Of a stretch of 64,000 bases of DNA, positions 1 to 11,030 are shown piece after piece. The position numbers were made by a program, and so were the translations under genes. The DNA is from Phoronis australis (Eukaryota; Animalia; Phoronida): contig NMRA01000081.1 in the NCBI GenBank assembly GCA_002633005.1, forward strand, positions 437,625 to 501,624, written 5' to 3'. Position 1 is the stretch's first letter; each line of letters opens with the position of its first letter. The notes under the pieces are model-generated. The model did not search any database. It was not told where the DNA came from and worked only from the letters and a program-made list of their open reading frames with translations.

Positions 1-450
1 GGAGACAAAAATCACTTTCGCCAGTTCTCCCCCCCCCAAAAAGTATAAATGATTGAATACCACATTTTGTTTATCATTAAGTCCAAAACAAACTGTAAAA
101 TCTAATTGCATTTCAAGCCTTGTGTGCTGGCACAGTCCCAAAGCAGGACTAATGAACAGAACTAATGCTTTCATCTGATCGATTTTTAAATCAAAAAAAC
201 AACAAGCGTCATAATTTCAGCTGTTCTTTCAGCCAAGGAAAATAGCTGTATGACTAGATTTTGTTCCAGTACACTACCTGGTTGTGTTTCTTGTTGTTCT
301 ACTGGGTGTCTCCATGCGGCATTTAACACTACAGACGATGCTTAGGAGAGATTTTGTGGTTCATCTAAAATGTTAATTTTGAACCTTAAAGATCAAGTGC
401 TTTGTGACCCATTCGCAACGAGTCAATTTTGGGGTATTTTTTATTTTCAG

Positions 451-641
451 AATCTAGTAAAGATCGTGTAGAAAAAGAGTTGATAGAGTCTCAGACAAAC
501 AATGCTGAGGTCAAACGGCTCGAGGGAGAGATGACCACTGTCCAGCTACGGCTGCAGGAAGTTGAGAGCCGACTGAAGGAGACAACTACTGAACTGGCTA
601 AGGAACATGCCAAGAGTAAGAGTGTCTCCAAACACACACAG
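451..641 (+). CDS. CCDC157: CCDC157-like exon (coiled coil, ESSKDRVEKE...SKHTQ)
   Basis: Acceptor ttattttcag at 441-450, donor CAG|gtattc, open E/K/Q-rich frame. Confidence 0.85.
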
Positions 642-1150
642 GTATTCAGGAAATAGTGTCACATATTCATGCTAACACTCATGTATTCAGGCATTTTGTC
701 TGTTAACTTTTTTCTACTTTTTTAAAACTATTTGATGTACTAAATAAATGGTTAAACTTGCCAGACTAAGTGAAACAGCGTGCAAACCTTTGAAATCTAT
801 GAAAAATATGTTATTTTCAATCAGTGTTTGTAGATAGTTGGTATTCAGATACTTTTTATGAAAAAGATACAGGCCAAAGCAAAAAGAGAAAATAAAATTT
901 AGGAAAGTAGCAGCATTTTTGTTCTTGAATCTCAATATCGCAAGATATACTATTGATACAGTTGCGTTGCCACATATTTACCTTTCTTGTTTATTATATT
1001 TTACTAAAAAACATTTGTCATATTGCCCAATCAGTGGTAGATCATAAAGTCTACACATTGTCTAATTTCAAAAAATATGTACTTTTATATGTACTTTTAC
1101 ATTTCTGTTGTTATGTAAATATTTGGCTGGCTACACAGACTTGTTGATAA

Positions 1151-1406
1151 CTTTTAGTAATACCCTTAATGATGTTCTCCATTTTAGTAATACCCTTAAT
1201 GATGTTCTCCATTTTAGTAATACCCTTAATGATGTTCTCTATTTTAATACCCTTAATAATGTTCTCCATTTTAGTAATACCCTTAATAATGTTCTCCATT
1301 TTAGTAATACCCTTAATAATGTTCTCCATTTTAGTAATACCCTTAATAATGTTCTCCATTTTAGTAATACCCTTAATAATGTTCTCCATTTTAGTAATAC
1401 CCTTAA
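1151..1406 (+). repeat. 30-bp minisatellite (TAATACCCTTAATRATGTTCTCCATTTTAG), about 8.5 units; continues at 3275-3326 after the transposon
   Basis: Directly visible tandem units; the array resumes in register after the element. Confidence 0.95.
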
Positions 1407-1578
1407 AGGCTAATGCCACCCGATTTAATTAGTCTTTTTTACCGTCTTAATCGGTCTGGGGCCACATCGGCTCGTACACGGTCGACCTTACCTTGCCGAG
1501 AGGTGTCGCGTTAGCCTGTGAGGAAGGTGAGAAAGTCCGCAGCGACGTCAGTGGTTCGTATGCAGAGTGAATTCCGCC

Positions 1579-1938
1579 ATGGTGTGGTGTGTCGTTCCTG
1601 CCTGTTCGAACTATGAAGCGGCGAGGAAAGCGGGTACATCGTTTTTTCGATTTCCTCGAGAGCCCGAAATGCTTCGGAAGTGGCTCGCGGCAGTGAAAAA
1701 GGACAAGTACGGAGTTCATACCAAGTACGAGGCCGTGAAACACCTCCGTGTCTGTGGCCGACATTTCGTGGACAGTGATTTCACTGACGAATTCCGGCTT
1801 GCCAAACAGCTCATGCCAGGGCAGAAAAAGCAACCGAGGCTGAAGTCAGATACTGTGCCTAGTGTGTTTGCGTTCGGCAGGCAGGAAGCAAAGAAACGTG
1901 GATCAGTTGTTTCCATTATGGTGCAGTTAGCGCACTGA
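1579..1938 (+). CDS. THAP zinc-finger DNA-binding domain ORF (N-terminus of a truncated transposase), 119 aa
   Basis: GCCATGG Kozak context; MVWCVVPAC...FFRFP...KWLAAV...LRVCGRHF...RLKSDTVPSVF gives the complete THAP C2CH signature with AVPT-like box. Confidence 0.8.
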   Translation: MVWCVVPACSNYEAARKAGTSFFRFPREPEMLRKWLAAVKKDKYGVHTKYEAVKHLRVCGRHFVDSDFTDEFRLAKQLMPGQKKQPRLKSDTVPSVFAFGRQEAKKRGSVVSIMVQLAH

Positions 1939-2125
1939 CACCATGAGACGGTTTTCGGAACTATCCATGTGCTCCATTGTTTGTGCACGTTCACGGCGCT
2001 TCTCTAATACTTCTTGATCAGTGTACTCTAGCTGGTTCGAACAGATATCCTGAGAAAACTAACGATCTACCTGGGAAGTCTTCGTCAGATGAATACTCCT
2101 CCAAGTCGGGATTGCGAGTTGCCAT
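1900..2125 (-). pseudogene. Frameshifted 5' remnant of the second Kolobok gene (KolX / P2X7-C-terminus-like Cys-rich protein)
   Basis: Minus strand reads MATRNPDLEEYSSDEDF...GYLFEP / EYTDQEVLEKRRERAQ / SWCQCANCTIMET across frameshifts; upstream acceptor ctttctttcag near 2198. Confidence 0.6.
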
Positions 2126-2677
2126 GTTGACGTTTATTACTAAGCGTTCTGTTTCAAAATGAATTATTCTCAAACTAACCAATACTTATATATAAAACTG
2201 AAAGAAAGTGTGTCCCATTAGATGCAATTTGTAATGCCTTTGGAGTGTTCGTGAGTGCAAATTATTTGAGAAGCCAGCAATGAATAAATCACTGCGTTAC
2301 CGGCTTTAGGTGCAATAAAACTAATTTGACCGGACACCGAGGCCGTGTGAGCGCAAGCAATTCAGTGTTTGCGGACAGAATCTGTTGTGAAACAATAACT
2401 CGATATTCCATCCCACGGCCAGGTGTTAGGGGAATCTTTATTTACTTATATATTATTCAAATAATGATTGTCAATGTACAACTTCTGCCCTGGCGGTTCT
2501 GTGGCCAAACGGGAACCTGAATTCACGGCCCCCGACGAGTAGGCCTTAGTAGATTTGCAGTTTCGTGGCTTCACCAAAATAATCACGTGCACATTACTTC
2601 TTTAGCTCACTAGTATAGTATTTTCTTGACTTCAAGCTTAGTTTCCAACTTTGGCTGGTTAATGTTCGTGATGTCTT

Positions 2678-2786
2678 CAGTCCGGTCGCGACGGGCCTGA
2701 TTGGGTTCCGAGCCACTGGCCGGGATAACGAGTCAGTCCGGCCGCGACGGGCCTGATCGGGTTCCGAGACACTGGCCGGGATAACA
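2678..2786 (+). repeat. 56-bp GC-rich tandem duplication inside the Kolobok element
   Basis: CAGTCCGGYCGCGACGGGCCTGATYGGGTTCCGAGMCACTGGCCGGGATAAC occurs twice. Confidence 0.9.
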
Positions 2787-3326
2787 AGCGTTTTTTGTGT
2801 TTAGAACTAAAAAACACAAGTCTAAACAACACAGATCTAGGTCCTACTGTCTGTATTTCACGGAAAAATACTTAGAATTTATCTCCGAACAGAACACGAA
2901 CTCCTGATACGGACCTTGGTAAATTGGACTGCCGAAATTTGTTGGCTACGGTGTGTCCAAATATCAATAAATCCGTAACAGTGAAATAAGACAACACGTT
3001 TTTATAAGAACTCGGTGTATTTTTAAGGGTTTTACATCGAAGTTTGATCATTTATTGGTGTTAAACAATGAATTCAAGCGATAAGCTGACACCAGTTACC
3101 CGTGTTGTGAACTGCTGAACAGACTGCGTGTGAAACCGATGACGTCAGTGGAAAATTTCATCACCTCCGTCTGCCGTCAGGTGTCAGGTAACGCAACCGT
3201 ACGTGCCGCTATCGAGGAGAACTACTCGATCTAAATTGATACAAATTAGGTTGTTTTTTGGGTGGCATGCTCCTTTAATAATGTTCTCCATTTTAGTAAT
3301 ACCCTTAATGATGTTCTCCATTTTAG

Positions 3327-3503
3327 GCATTGCAATCCAAGCAAGACTCCCTCTTACAGCGTATTGATGAACTAGACCGCGAGAATGAGGATCTGAAGAA
3401 TGATGTAGCTGATCTTGAAGAGACAAAGGAGACTCTAGAGGGCAGGCTTGAGGCATTGGCAGTGGAGAAGAAAGCGGTAGAAAAGAAGTTGAAGGATGAG
3501 GAG
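3327..3503 (+). CDS. CCDC157: CCDC157-like exon (ALQSKQDSLL...KLKDEE)
   Basis: Acceptor ttctccattttag (last minisatellite unit), donor GAG|gtgctg, coiled-coil composition. Confidence 0.85.
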
Positions 3504-4107
3504 GTGCTGTCTGTGTATTTGTTATTGTCTTTTTGCATCAAACATTTTCACTCTCCATGGAGGCTATTGTCAATAAATATACATTCTATATTTTTAAAAC
3601 TTGCGACTTATCAGGGAATCATTAAGATTATCATCCTTATGTAATTGTGAAAATTACCTGGCATAATGGTTTGGTGAATCCAAAATGAAAAATCTTGCAT
3701 TTTCTTAAAGCTCATGCAAAATTATACAACTAATTTTTGTCATTACTTATGCAGTGTGGCATTCCATAGAGACTCGCAAAAAATATGGGATCATGGAATA
3801 GAAAGAATTAGTTCATTGAATAATTTCCTACCGTTATTCAAAATTCTGTCCTTGCTTACCTATCTTTTCACTGGTGACGATTTTGTTACTCAAGTTAATA
3901 AGGTCACAAGTTTAATCTTGACACAATAAACATTCAATCGCATTACCTTGAATGTTCCATCATGCCTTATCTCGCCAAATTCGCAAGAAACGTGCGTTAG
4001 AGAACGTATCCTAGTAAAACAGTTTGTCAGCTCTGGTAACTGCAGAAGTTGGCAGAAATGATTTATCGTGTGTCTCGTCAAAACGTCTTAAGTTTCTTGT
4101 TTTGTAG

Positions 4108-4276
4108 TTGTTGATAAGGAGGCTGAAGGAGGAGAAAGAGTCAATAGAGGCGTCTATTCAAGAGCTAGGTGATAACATCCACAGGCTAGAGTCTCAGCTA
4201 GATGAGGCCAAACAGAAAGAGAGACTCCTCGTTGAATATCCTGACCCTAATGGGCTGGTGAACTCGGATCTAACAG
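4108..4276 (+). CDS. CCDC157: CCDC157-like exon (LLIRRLKEEK...ERLLVEYPD...DLT)
   Basis: Acceptor ttgttttgtag, donor ACAG|gtatgt. Confidence 0.88.
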
Positions 4277-5168
4277 GTATGTTAGGGCAATCCTTAACAA
4301 CAAAGTGGATTGAGATCCGTCAAAAGATCACAAATGTAAAATTACATGGCTTAACGCTCTGGCATTTTCCATTTTGTTTGCTCCACCATTTACTTAGCAT
4401 AACTTTTTTATCAAATCCTTGTAACACTATAATGGAAAATTTAGATTTTCGCAGTTTAAGTTTAAGGTCCTTGTTAAGATCCCTTTGCCTCCGTTGTAGA
4501 CCGTAAAATAAGTATATGAATTTTCGTGTATTGAAAAAAAATCCTATAATTCAGTTTTACACGAAATTTTATAGCCTCCATGTCTCTGCCCCACTGACCC
4601 TTGCGTGGGTACAATTCAAAAGTTCTAAACCATATTGAAGGTATCAACAAACATGTCTATCTGTTGCAAGACATTTTTAAAGATAACCGACTGCACACGA
4701 GCACATTAGAAACACTAGTTGATCACGAAGTGGAGGAAGGGTGACAATTATCAGGGGATTGAAAGAGAGGTTGCATCATGTTTCAACCAGATAAAGAATA
4801 GATTTCACGATTCATGATGAGTTTGATGAATGAGGAGAGATTTTTGTTCCTCCCATAGTTGCCCCAAGTTTCCCTCCTCAGTTGCCCTTGTTCAATTTCT
4901 TCTTCACGTCTACAGATTTTGATTAATATTACTCGTTAATTTCATGTATTTAAAAAGGGCAATTATAGATTTATACTTGGCTAGAAAGCTATAATTCAAG
5001 AAAAAAATATTTGAACCTCAATTATGGCCATAGCGGAAACTTTCCTTAATTTCTTACGGAGAGGTAGTTCACATGGTTTGGCTTCACAAATAAATAAAAA
5101 TAAGATTGTTGGTGTGGAATCCTGTTATCCTCTGTATTTTCTCACCTGTGCTCATTCCTCTTTATCAG

Positions 5169-5308
5169 GTACAGGTGACATAGCACAGGATATGCAGAAT
5201 CAGGTGAAAGCGAACCAGGTGCGTATACGAGTGTTAGAGGAACAGAACATGACTCTGAGGAACAGTATAACTAAAATGATGAAGGCTCAAGCAGATCACA
5301 GACCAGAG
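5169..5308 (+). CDS. CCDC157: CCDC157-like exon (GTGDIAQDMQNQVKANQVRIRVLEEQN...HRPE)
   Basis: Acceptor tttatcag in phase 1; probable GC donor GAG|gcaagt in phase 0. Confidence 0.82.
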
Positions 5309-6134
5309 GCAAGTATAGATAGAGTTTGCACAAATTACCATCTTGTCTCTCTGATTGCTTGGTTGTAGTTTTGGGGTAATAGTCGCTTACAAGGTCCTGG
5401 ATTTTGAGAACCAGTTTGATGTCCATTATTTAGTGGTCAAAGTGAGTGACTATTACACTCGTTAGAACTATTGTCTGGCAATAATAGGTTAACAGGTTTT
5501 TACTTTTACCTACTTTTGCATTAAAAGGTGTTGGAAAGCCGATTTTCCTGTTTGACATTTCAAACCATTGTAACCTGTCAGAAATTTGGTCTTACACTCC
5601 ACACAACTATTTCTTAAAAATAATTTAATCTCAGTTGAGCGAAAGTGCAATGTCTGAGATAATTTCTATAACTTATTTCTGTACTGGTAATAACTAATAA
5701 TTACTCGGCTAAACCTTATTTTGTTAATTGAGAAGTGGAAGCCTTAGACCAAATTTCTGCCTCAGTTTGAAAAATAACATTTTATTTAATTTTACTCTTT
5801 GTACTTACATCTGTCACCAAACAACTTTTGTTCAATTTTGAGCACTTACTGTATAATAGGCAGCCTTTGAGAAATAAAAAAATGGTCACTTTAGAAATTA
5901 TTTTCATTTAAAAGTAAATAATTTTTACCTCATCTTAAATGCCGTAAACGTCTGCAGGAACATTTGTTCGAACCTGTGACAAACTGTTGACAGTCCAAGT
6001 GCACATGTTGGGTTTCAGGTATTCCTTTTTTGTCAACACAAATGTTTACAATTACATATCCTCTTCAAATAATTTTTATGTTTTCACTTGTACCAGTGTT
6101 GTCAATATGTCTGAGACTTTCACTCCATTTCCAG

Positions 6135-6235
6135 CCTGTTCAGCAGGAACCTATGTGGAGTATGCCAACGTATGCAGATGATGGTAATGAAGACCGACCA
6201 TCCAGTAACAACAGCTATGATCCAACCAATCATGT
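6135..6235 (+). CDS. CCDC157: CCDC157-like exon (PVQQEPMWSMPTYADDG...TNH)
   Basis: Acceptor ccatttccag, donor |gtgagg in phase 2 matches the next exon. Confidence 0.72.
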
Positions 6236-7392
6236 GTGAGGATAATAATCTGCTCTACCTGATTGATTTTTCCTTCGTATATCATACATTAACTTAAGTC
6301 TGAATTTTCCTTGTTGCACTTAACGTTAAGTTACCACCCATAGAGGGCGTAGCAGGCATATTTTTTCGATACATTGTACAATGAGAGTACAATGAATTAT
6401 GCTGAATAGTTGAGCACATGGCTTTAGATGAGGAAAATAATAATTTTTCTATGTTTGAAAATTTAAGAATTTCAGCATGTCTCTTAGCCCGACAAGATTA
6501 ACTAGTTTGGGGGTGTATTTTTGCTTCATCTTATTCCCTGTAGTCATTATTTTGGTATTAATTAATCATTATCTTACCTGGCCTTTGTTCATTACTGATT
6601 GAAACCTGATTTGCATTTGTATTTGACTATTTAGGCAAAGAATACCCAAATCATACAGAGTTATAGTTTTTTAAAATTAGAATTAATACGAAATCATAAA
6701 CCACCATTTTTAATATCATCTATGTCGTGGTGTTGCTGAAGACAGATGGCCATGAGTTTCGGACTGATCCAACTAACACTTTGTGTACTCCTACTGACAA
6801 GAACATGACTTGCGAAGATTTTCAAACTGAACAAACTACTGTGATGCCCCCGTGTGACATTTTGTACATCTTTGACTGTATTTACCAAATCCCTTGTAAG
6901 GTCACAGTGTAGCAAGTGCACTCCTATTAACTTGACAAACTGATGGACGGGTTCAACTATTGTTGCATGTTTGCCTCTGCATCTTTGGAGTTCCTTGGCA
7001 AATTTTCACGAAATTTTGGCGAATTGTTTTTTAAGAGAGAGGCGATGACACTTTCCCAATTTTGATCGGGGCTTGACATATTCTGTGCCATGTGATGTCC
7101 ATTTTTATGACACTAAAAACACCACTGGAAACTCATGTTTTTCGTTGCAGTTGTGGGTGCATTTCAAAGCTTCGTGTTGGTCTTGTCATTTATTTGAAGA
7201 TATCTGTTCCCTCATCCTTTTGTGAGGTCTCATTGAGATAGGAAGTATCTACAAATTCCACCTGAAAAACTGTAGAATTGTTAGAAAATCTTCATTCATT
7301 GTGATTAAATCTTTTTCAAGTGGTTTCTCGTATGTGATGAGCTGTAAATGTCAAGTAGTTGTTGATTTGAATTGTGTTTCATCTATTAATAG

Positions 7393-7486
7393 CAGAGATC
7401 AGCCAATCAGAATACCTGTGGCCAGTAGCCCTTCTGAGAAACGACCCAAAAGTAGGTCACAGCAGGGTCAAGAGATGCCTTTTGAA
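7393..7486 (+). CDS. CCDC157: CCDC157-like exon (RDQPIRIPVASSPSEKRPKSRS...PFE)
   Basis: NAGNAG acceptor tagcag, donor GAA|gtaagt. Confidence 0.72.
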
Positions 7487-7729
7487 GTAAGTCATTTCTT
7501 GCAGATTTCATTTAATATTTTATCAGAGATTGTATAGCTTTGAACACTGGAAATTTGCTGATTACTTAAAGACAATTGGCTCTCAATAATTGTCTGATCA
7601 AAGTCACAAGTTTAAAATGTTTAATGTTTTGAGTGACAGTATCAATTCTGATTTTAGTCTTTGCCTCCATTGGATATTGAAAAGGTTTGATTTAAAATGG
7701 GTGATGTTTTCGCTTATTATTTATTATTA

Positions 7730-8210
7730 TGTAGGACCCTAAAAAATGTTCACCTGTGGCCAACTTGGAAAAATCAGAAGTGACTGATCAGATTCAAATG
7801 AAACTTTCACACACTATGCCTTATGCACTGTTCTCTAAAATGCTGATAGGAATTGTTTTTAAAATGGTCATTTTTGTATGAGTTGCTATCAAAAATAGGA
7901 CTTTTAATATATGGCTTTTGTGAAAAAGATTTAAAGTTGCATGAATCAGAAATGATGCAATAATTTAGAAATCTAGCAGCGTTTCTGAGATTCTGGCTGG
8001 AGCACCTATATCATATGAAAATTTGTTCTGTAATTGATCCTGTTTTTTGCTATGAATTTGCCTTGTTTTGCTAAATTTTACTAAATGAGCATGATGATGT
8101 GAGTTTATTAATGGCAGATTGGTTTAAAAGTTGACAGTCAAACTCATTTTCTGCTTTCAGAAAATATATACTTTTGCCGAGTTAAACTCTAGTTTTGAAT
8201 ACTTGTCAGT
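7730..8210 (+). repeat. Dispersed repeat family A (old TE remnant), copy 1
   Basis: Shares atgaaact...cactatg...cactgttct...aggaattgtttttaaaatg and ttttgctaaattttact blocks with 43665-44100 and 50820-51125. Confidence 0.65.
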
Positions 8211-9399
8211 ACGATCCTACATAATTTTAAAAAACAAATTAATATGAAAACTTACAGTAGTTGTCAATCTTTGTGAAGCCTTCTCATTTCATCAAATGGC
8301 CTTTTTATCTGTCCACTTTCAATCCTTATAATTACTACATTTTTTTAATCCTTAATGGCTGGAATATCTTAATTTGTGCCTTAAAAGTCCTGCCAATTGT
8401 TTTTAAACATTTTTGGTTTGAACGTGAAGTTTTAAAAAACCTCTAAACTGTGTATTTCTTTGCATTTGAGTTATTCATTCTTACTATCACTATGAAGGGA
8501 AGCTTTTCTGAGATTTTTATTTACCCTGGCTTGATTAAAGAGACATCAGCCATTAATGTCACTTTAAAACATTGTTTAAGTTTTCTTTTCATTCTTGACT
8601 TCCAATATCTTCGTTGTTCAAAGGAAGATAAAAAATCTGATGCATGGTTTCCTGCTGGGACCATAGACTGTAAAATATTAGTGTATATAATTTTGTGTGA
8701 TTGGACCAATGTATTGAAAAGAAGTCGATGTTTAAAACTTAACTGCTCAAAGCATCAAAAGTCAAAATGCCTGAAAACTACTGTTAAAGTTCTGACATAA
8801 AAATCAATTGAAGTCGTGTCTAGCAACTCCCACATTTGGCATATGAATAATGTGTTTCAAGAAATACCAATAGCAATGAAAAATACATTATCCCAATAGT
8901 GGATTTTTGAAAAAAATCACAGAGGTTGACAATTATCTTGAAGCAAATGGTGTTTTATGAAGTTTGACTGTTCGCCATTGCGGAATTTTAGGGTTTCTGC
9001 ATAAACTGGCATGCTAAACCATCTTTATGGATGGTTTGTTGAGCTTGCGACCTGCTGCAGCTGATATCTTAAAGTTATGTTACAGAACAAGGTGTCCAAA
9101 TAATGTTTCATGTACGACAACACAATTCAACATTTATACATTCAAACCTTATGTCATTTAAAATTACTGTTTTTGGTTTCATAAAGCATTTTGCGTTTAT
9201 CAATTTGAGTTTTAATTTAAGTTTCTCTGTGTGGTTGATAGTGATTTAATTTCCTTCAATTGATTGTTTTGCAGTATTTGGGGAGCAATTTATATAACGT
9301 CTTTGTAGTTTGCAATGTTTTTCTCAACAACATAGAACACTAAACTTTATTATTGCTGATTGATGTTGATAGTTTCATCCAAACAAAAATGTGCATTGT

Positions 9400-10366
9400 G
9401 TAAACAGTAACGCAATCATTTTAGTGTCATTTTTGGTTAAATTACAATTTTTCTGGTTATCCTAGGTTAACTTTCCAAGTTAATGGAATTCTCCTGGCTT
9501 TGACTAATCATGCATGTGTCACTCTGGAAGTGACGTTCACTGCTTGAATTAATCTGAGCCTTCTTTGTTTATATGCACTTCAGACTGTGTTTGACATTGG
9601 ATGTGTCGTATGTCAGATTGTTACAAGTTAGATCATTGTCTGCCTTTTGCTAAGTCTTATTCATTATGCCTGAAAGTTGTTGCGTACCAGGATGTCACCC
9701 TCATTCACTCTGGAAAGGTATAGGAGTTGACTGTTTTGGTCAAGAGTGCATCGTTGTCCGTTGGTACACTACATGGCTAAATCAGTGCAAAACTATCATG
9801 GCAAACTTTTCGTACAGTTGGAGTATGAACTTACCTATAAGTCATACTGTAAGAAGGATGCTATACTGTCCTCATTTGTCTTCTCTGCTTCATCGACGCT
9901 TGCTAAAAGTGCTTTTTTGGCAAGCTCCAGCCTCTAGTGAAATTAGTGTCACCCATGTGTTTGTGTAAACAATCATCGCAGCCTCCAGTGCCAGCTACCA
10001 ACACAGTTTCACCATATACAGGATGCATGTTTTTGTGGTTGCTGTTAATTTCTATTCATTGCAGATCAAAGAATGACTTAATTCTACTTGACTGGGTTCT
10101 GGTTCAATCTAGGTTATTCGATGAAAGCAAATAATGATGGCGAGTTTTTTGAAAATAATGTACAATCAACAGATGTCCTCAGTGAATCATCATGCAGTGG
10201 CTGGCGGGGAATGATTTGGGCTGTGAACGTGACTTACGGAGTGATGCACACATAATTAATTAGAATCTGGGACAATTAAATTAACTTGAAATTTATCTAG
10301 GATAACCAGAAAATCATAATTTAGCCACCAAAAAGTGACACTAAAAACAGTTACCTTGCCCTTTAA
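9400..10366 (+). mobile_element. Degenerate foldback DNA transposon with ~65-bp inverted repeats and a decayed THAP start (Kolobok-like)
   Basis: 9419-9483 is the reverse complement of 10281-10346; right end CCT+TTAA; internal MPESCCVPGC at 9666. Confidence 0.55.
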
Positions 10367-10909
10367 TGCTGCACTCTTATCTTTTTCGTCTTCTTTTGCT
10401 TCACTTGAGCAACAAAGAAAATGTTAATGCTTGAGAATGTGATCTAGAAATGAAAACAATGTAGTTTGTCAACCTGCCAATGCTATGTTTTCCTAAAACT
10501 GCTTTGGTTTGGTCATGTGGTAACATCATGTCTGTTTACACCAACCTCTAGCCTTTGGTCTTCTCAAACCAATGAGAAAAATGTTATTGAGCTAAACTTG
10601 CATGCGTAAAAAATTGTTATAGACCCGCATAGTGCTAAATGGGTGATGCCAAAAGTAGTAAAAAGTGCTGATTTTTTACCACCACGAGAGTACCATACAC
10701 CTGTGTTCGTTCCTCTAATAATGATGCAACACCTGAAGATGGCCGGTGATGTGACCGACTGAAACATCTTGCCAGTGGGAATAGGTTAGCGGTTGGTGTA
10801 AATAAGCCAAGGGATTTCAGAAATGATACTGTCAGTACCAACGTTTTACAAACACAAAATAGATTGAAACTTACATGTTTTAAGAGATCCATTGAACCTA
10901 TGGTTACAG

Positions 10910-11030
10910 CCTAGGATTGGTCCAGGTGCCAGGCAAGCCAAACCAATGAACAATCCAACGCCACCTTCAGGCATAGCAGCGTACAGGAATTTAAAGAAGT
11001 CTGGACTTCTCAAACCCATTGAGAAAAAAG
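10910..11030 (+). CDS. CCDC157: CCDC157-like exon (PRIGPGARQAKPMNNPTPPSGIAAYRNLKKSGLLKPIEKK)
   Basis: Acceptor ggttacag, donor AAG|gtattg; 121 nt bridges phase 0 to phase 1 exactly as required; absent from the ORF track. Confidence 0.7.

Larger units (their letters stand above)
1407..3274 (+). mobile_element. Non-autonomous (internally deleted) Kolobok-type DNA transposon, copy 1
   Basis: TTAA duplicated at 1403-1406 and 3275-3278. Termini AGGCTAATGCCACCC / GGGTGGCATGCTCCT. THAP ORF on + and KolX-like remnant on -. TTAA TSD, RR..YY ends and THAP are Kolobok hallmarks. Confidence 0.85.

Noticed and set aside
1108-1432. Repetitive ORFs (NTLNNVLHFS / KGITKMENII) and similar ORFs at 12772-13391 and 23195-23568
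   Set aside because: Artefacts of translating tandem repeats
1407-3274. piggyBac or P-element identity for the THAP element
   Set aside because: piggyBac has TTAA TSDs but typically CCY ends and no N-terminal THAP; P elements have THAP but 7-8 bp TSDs; TTAA with AGG..CCT ends and THAP fits Kolobok
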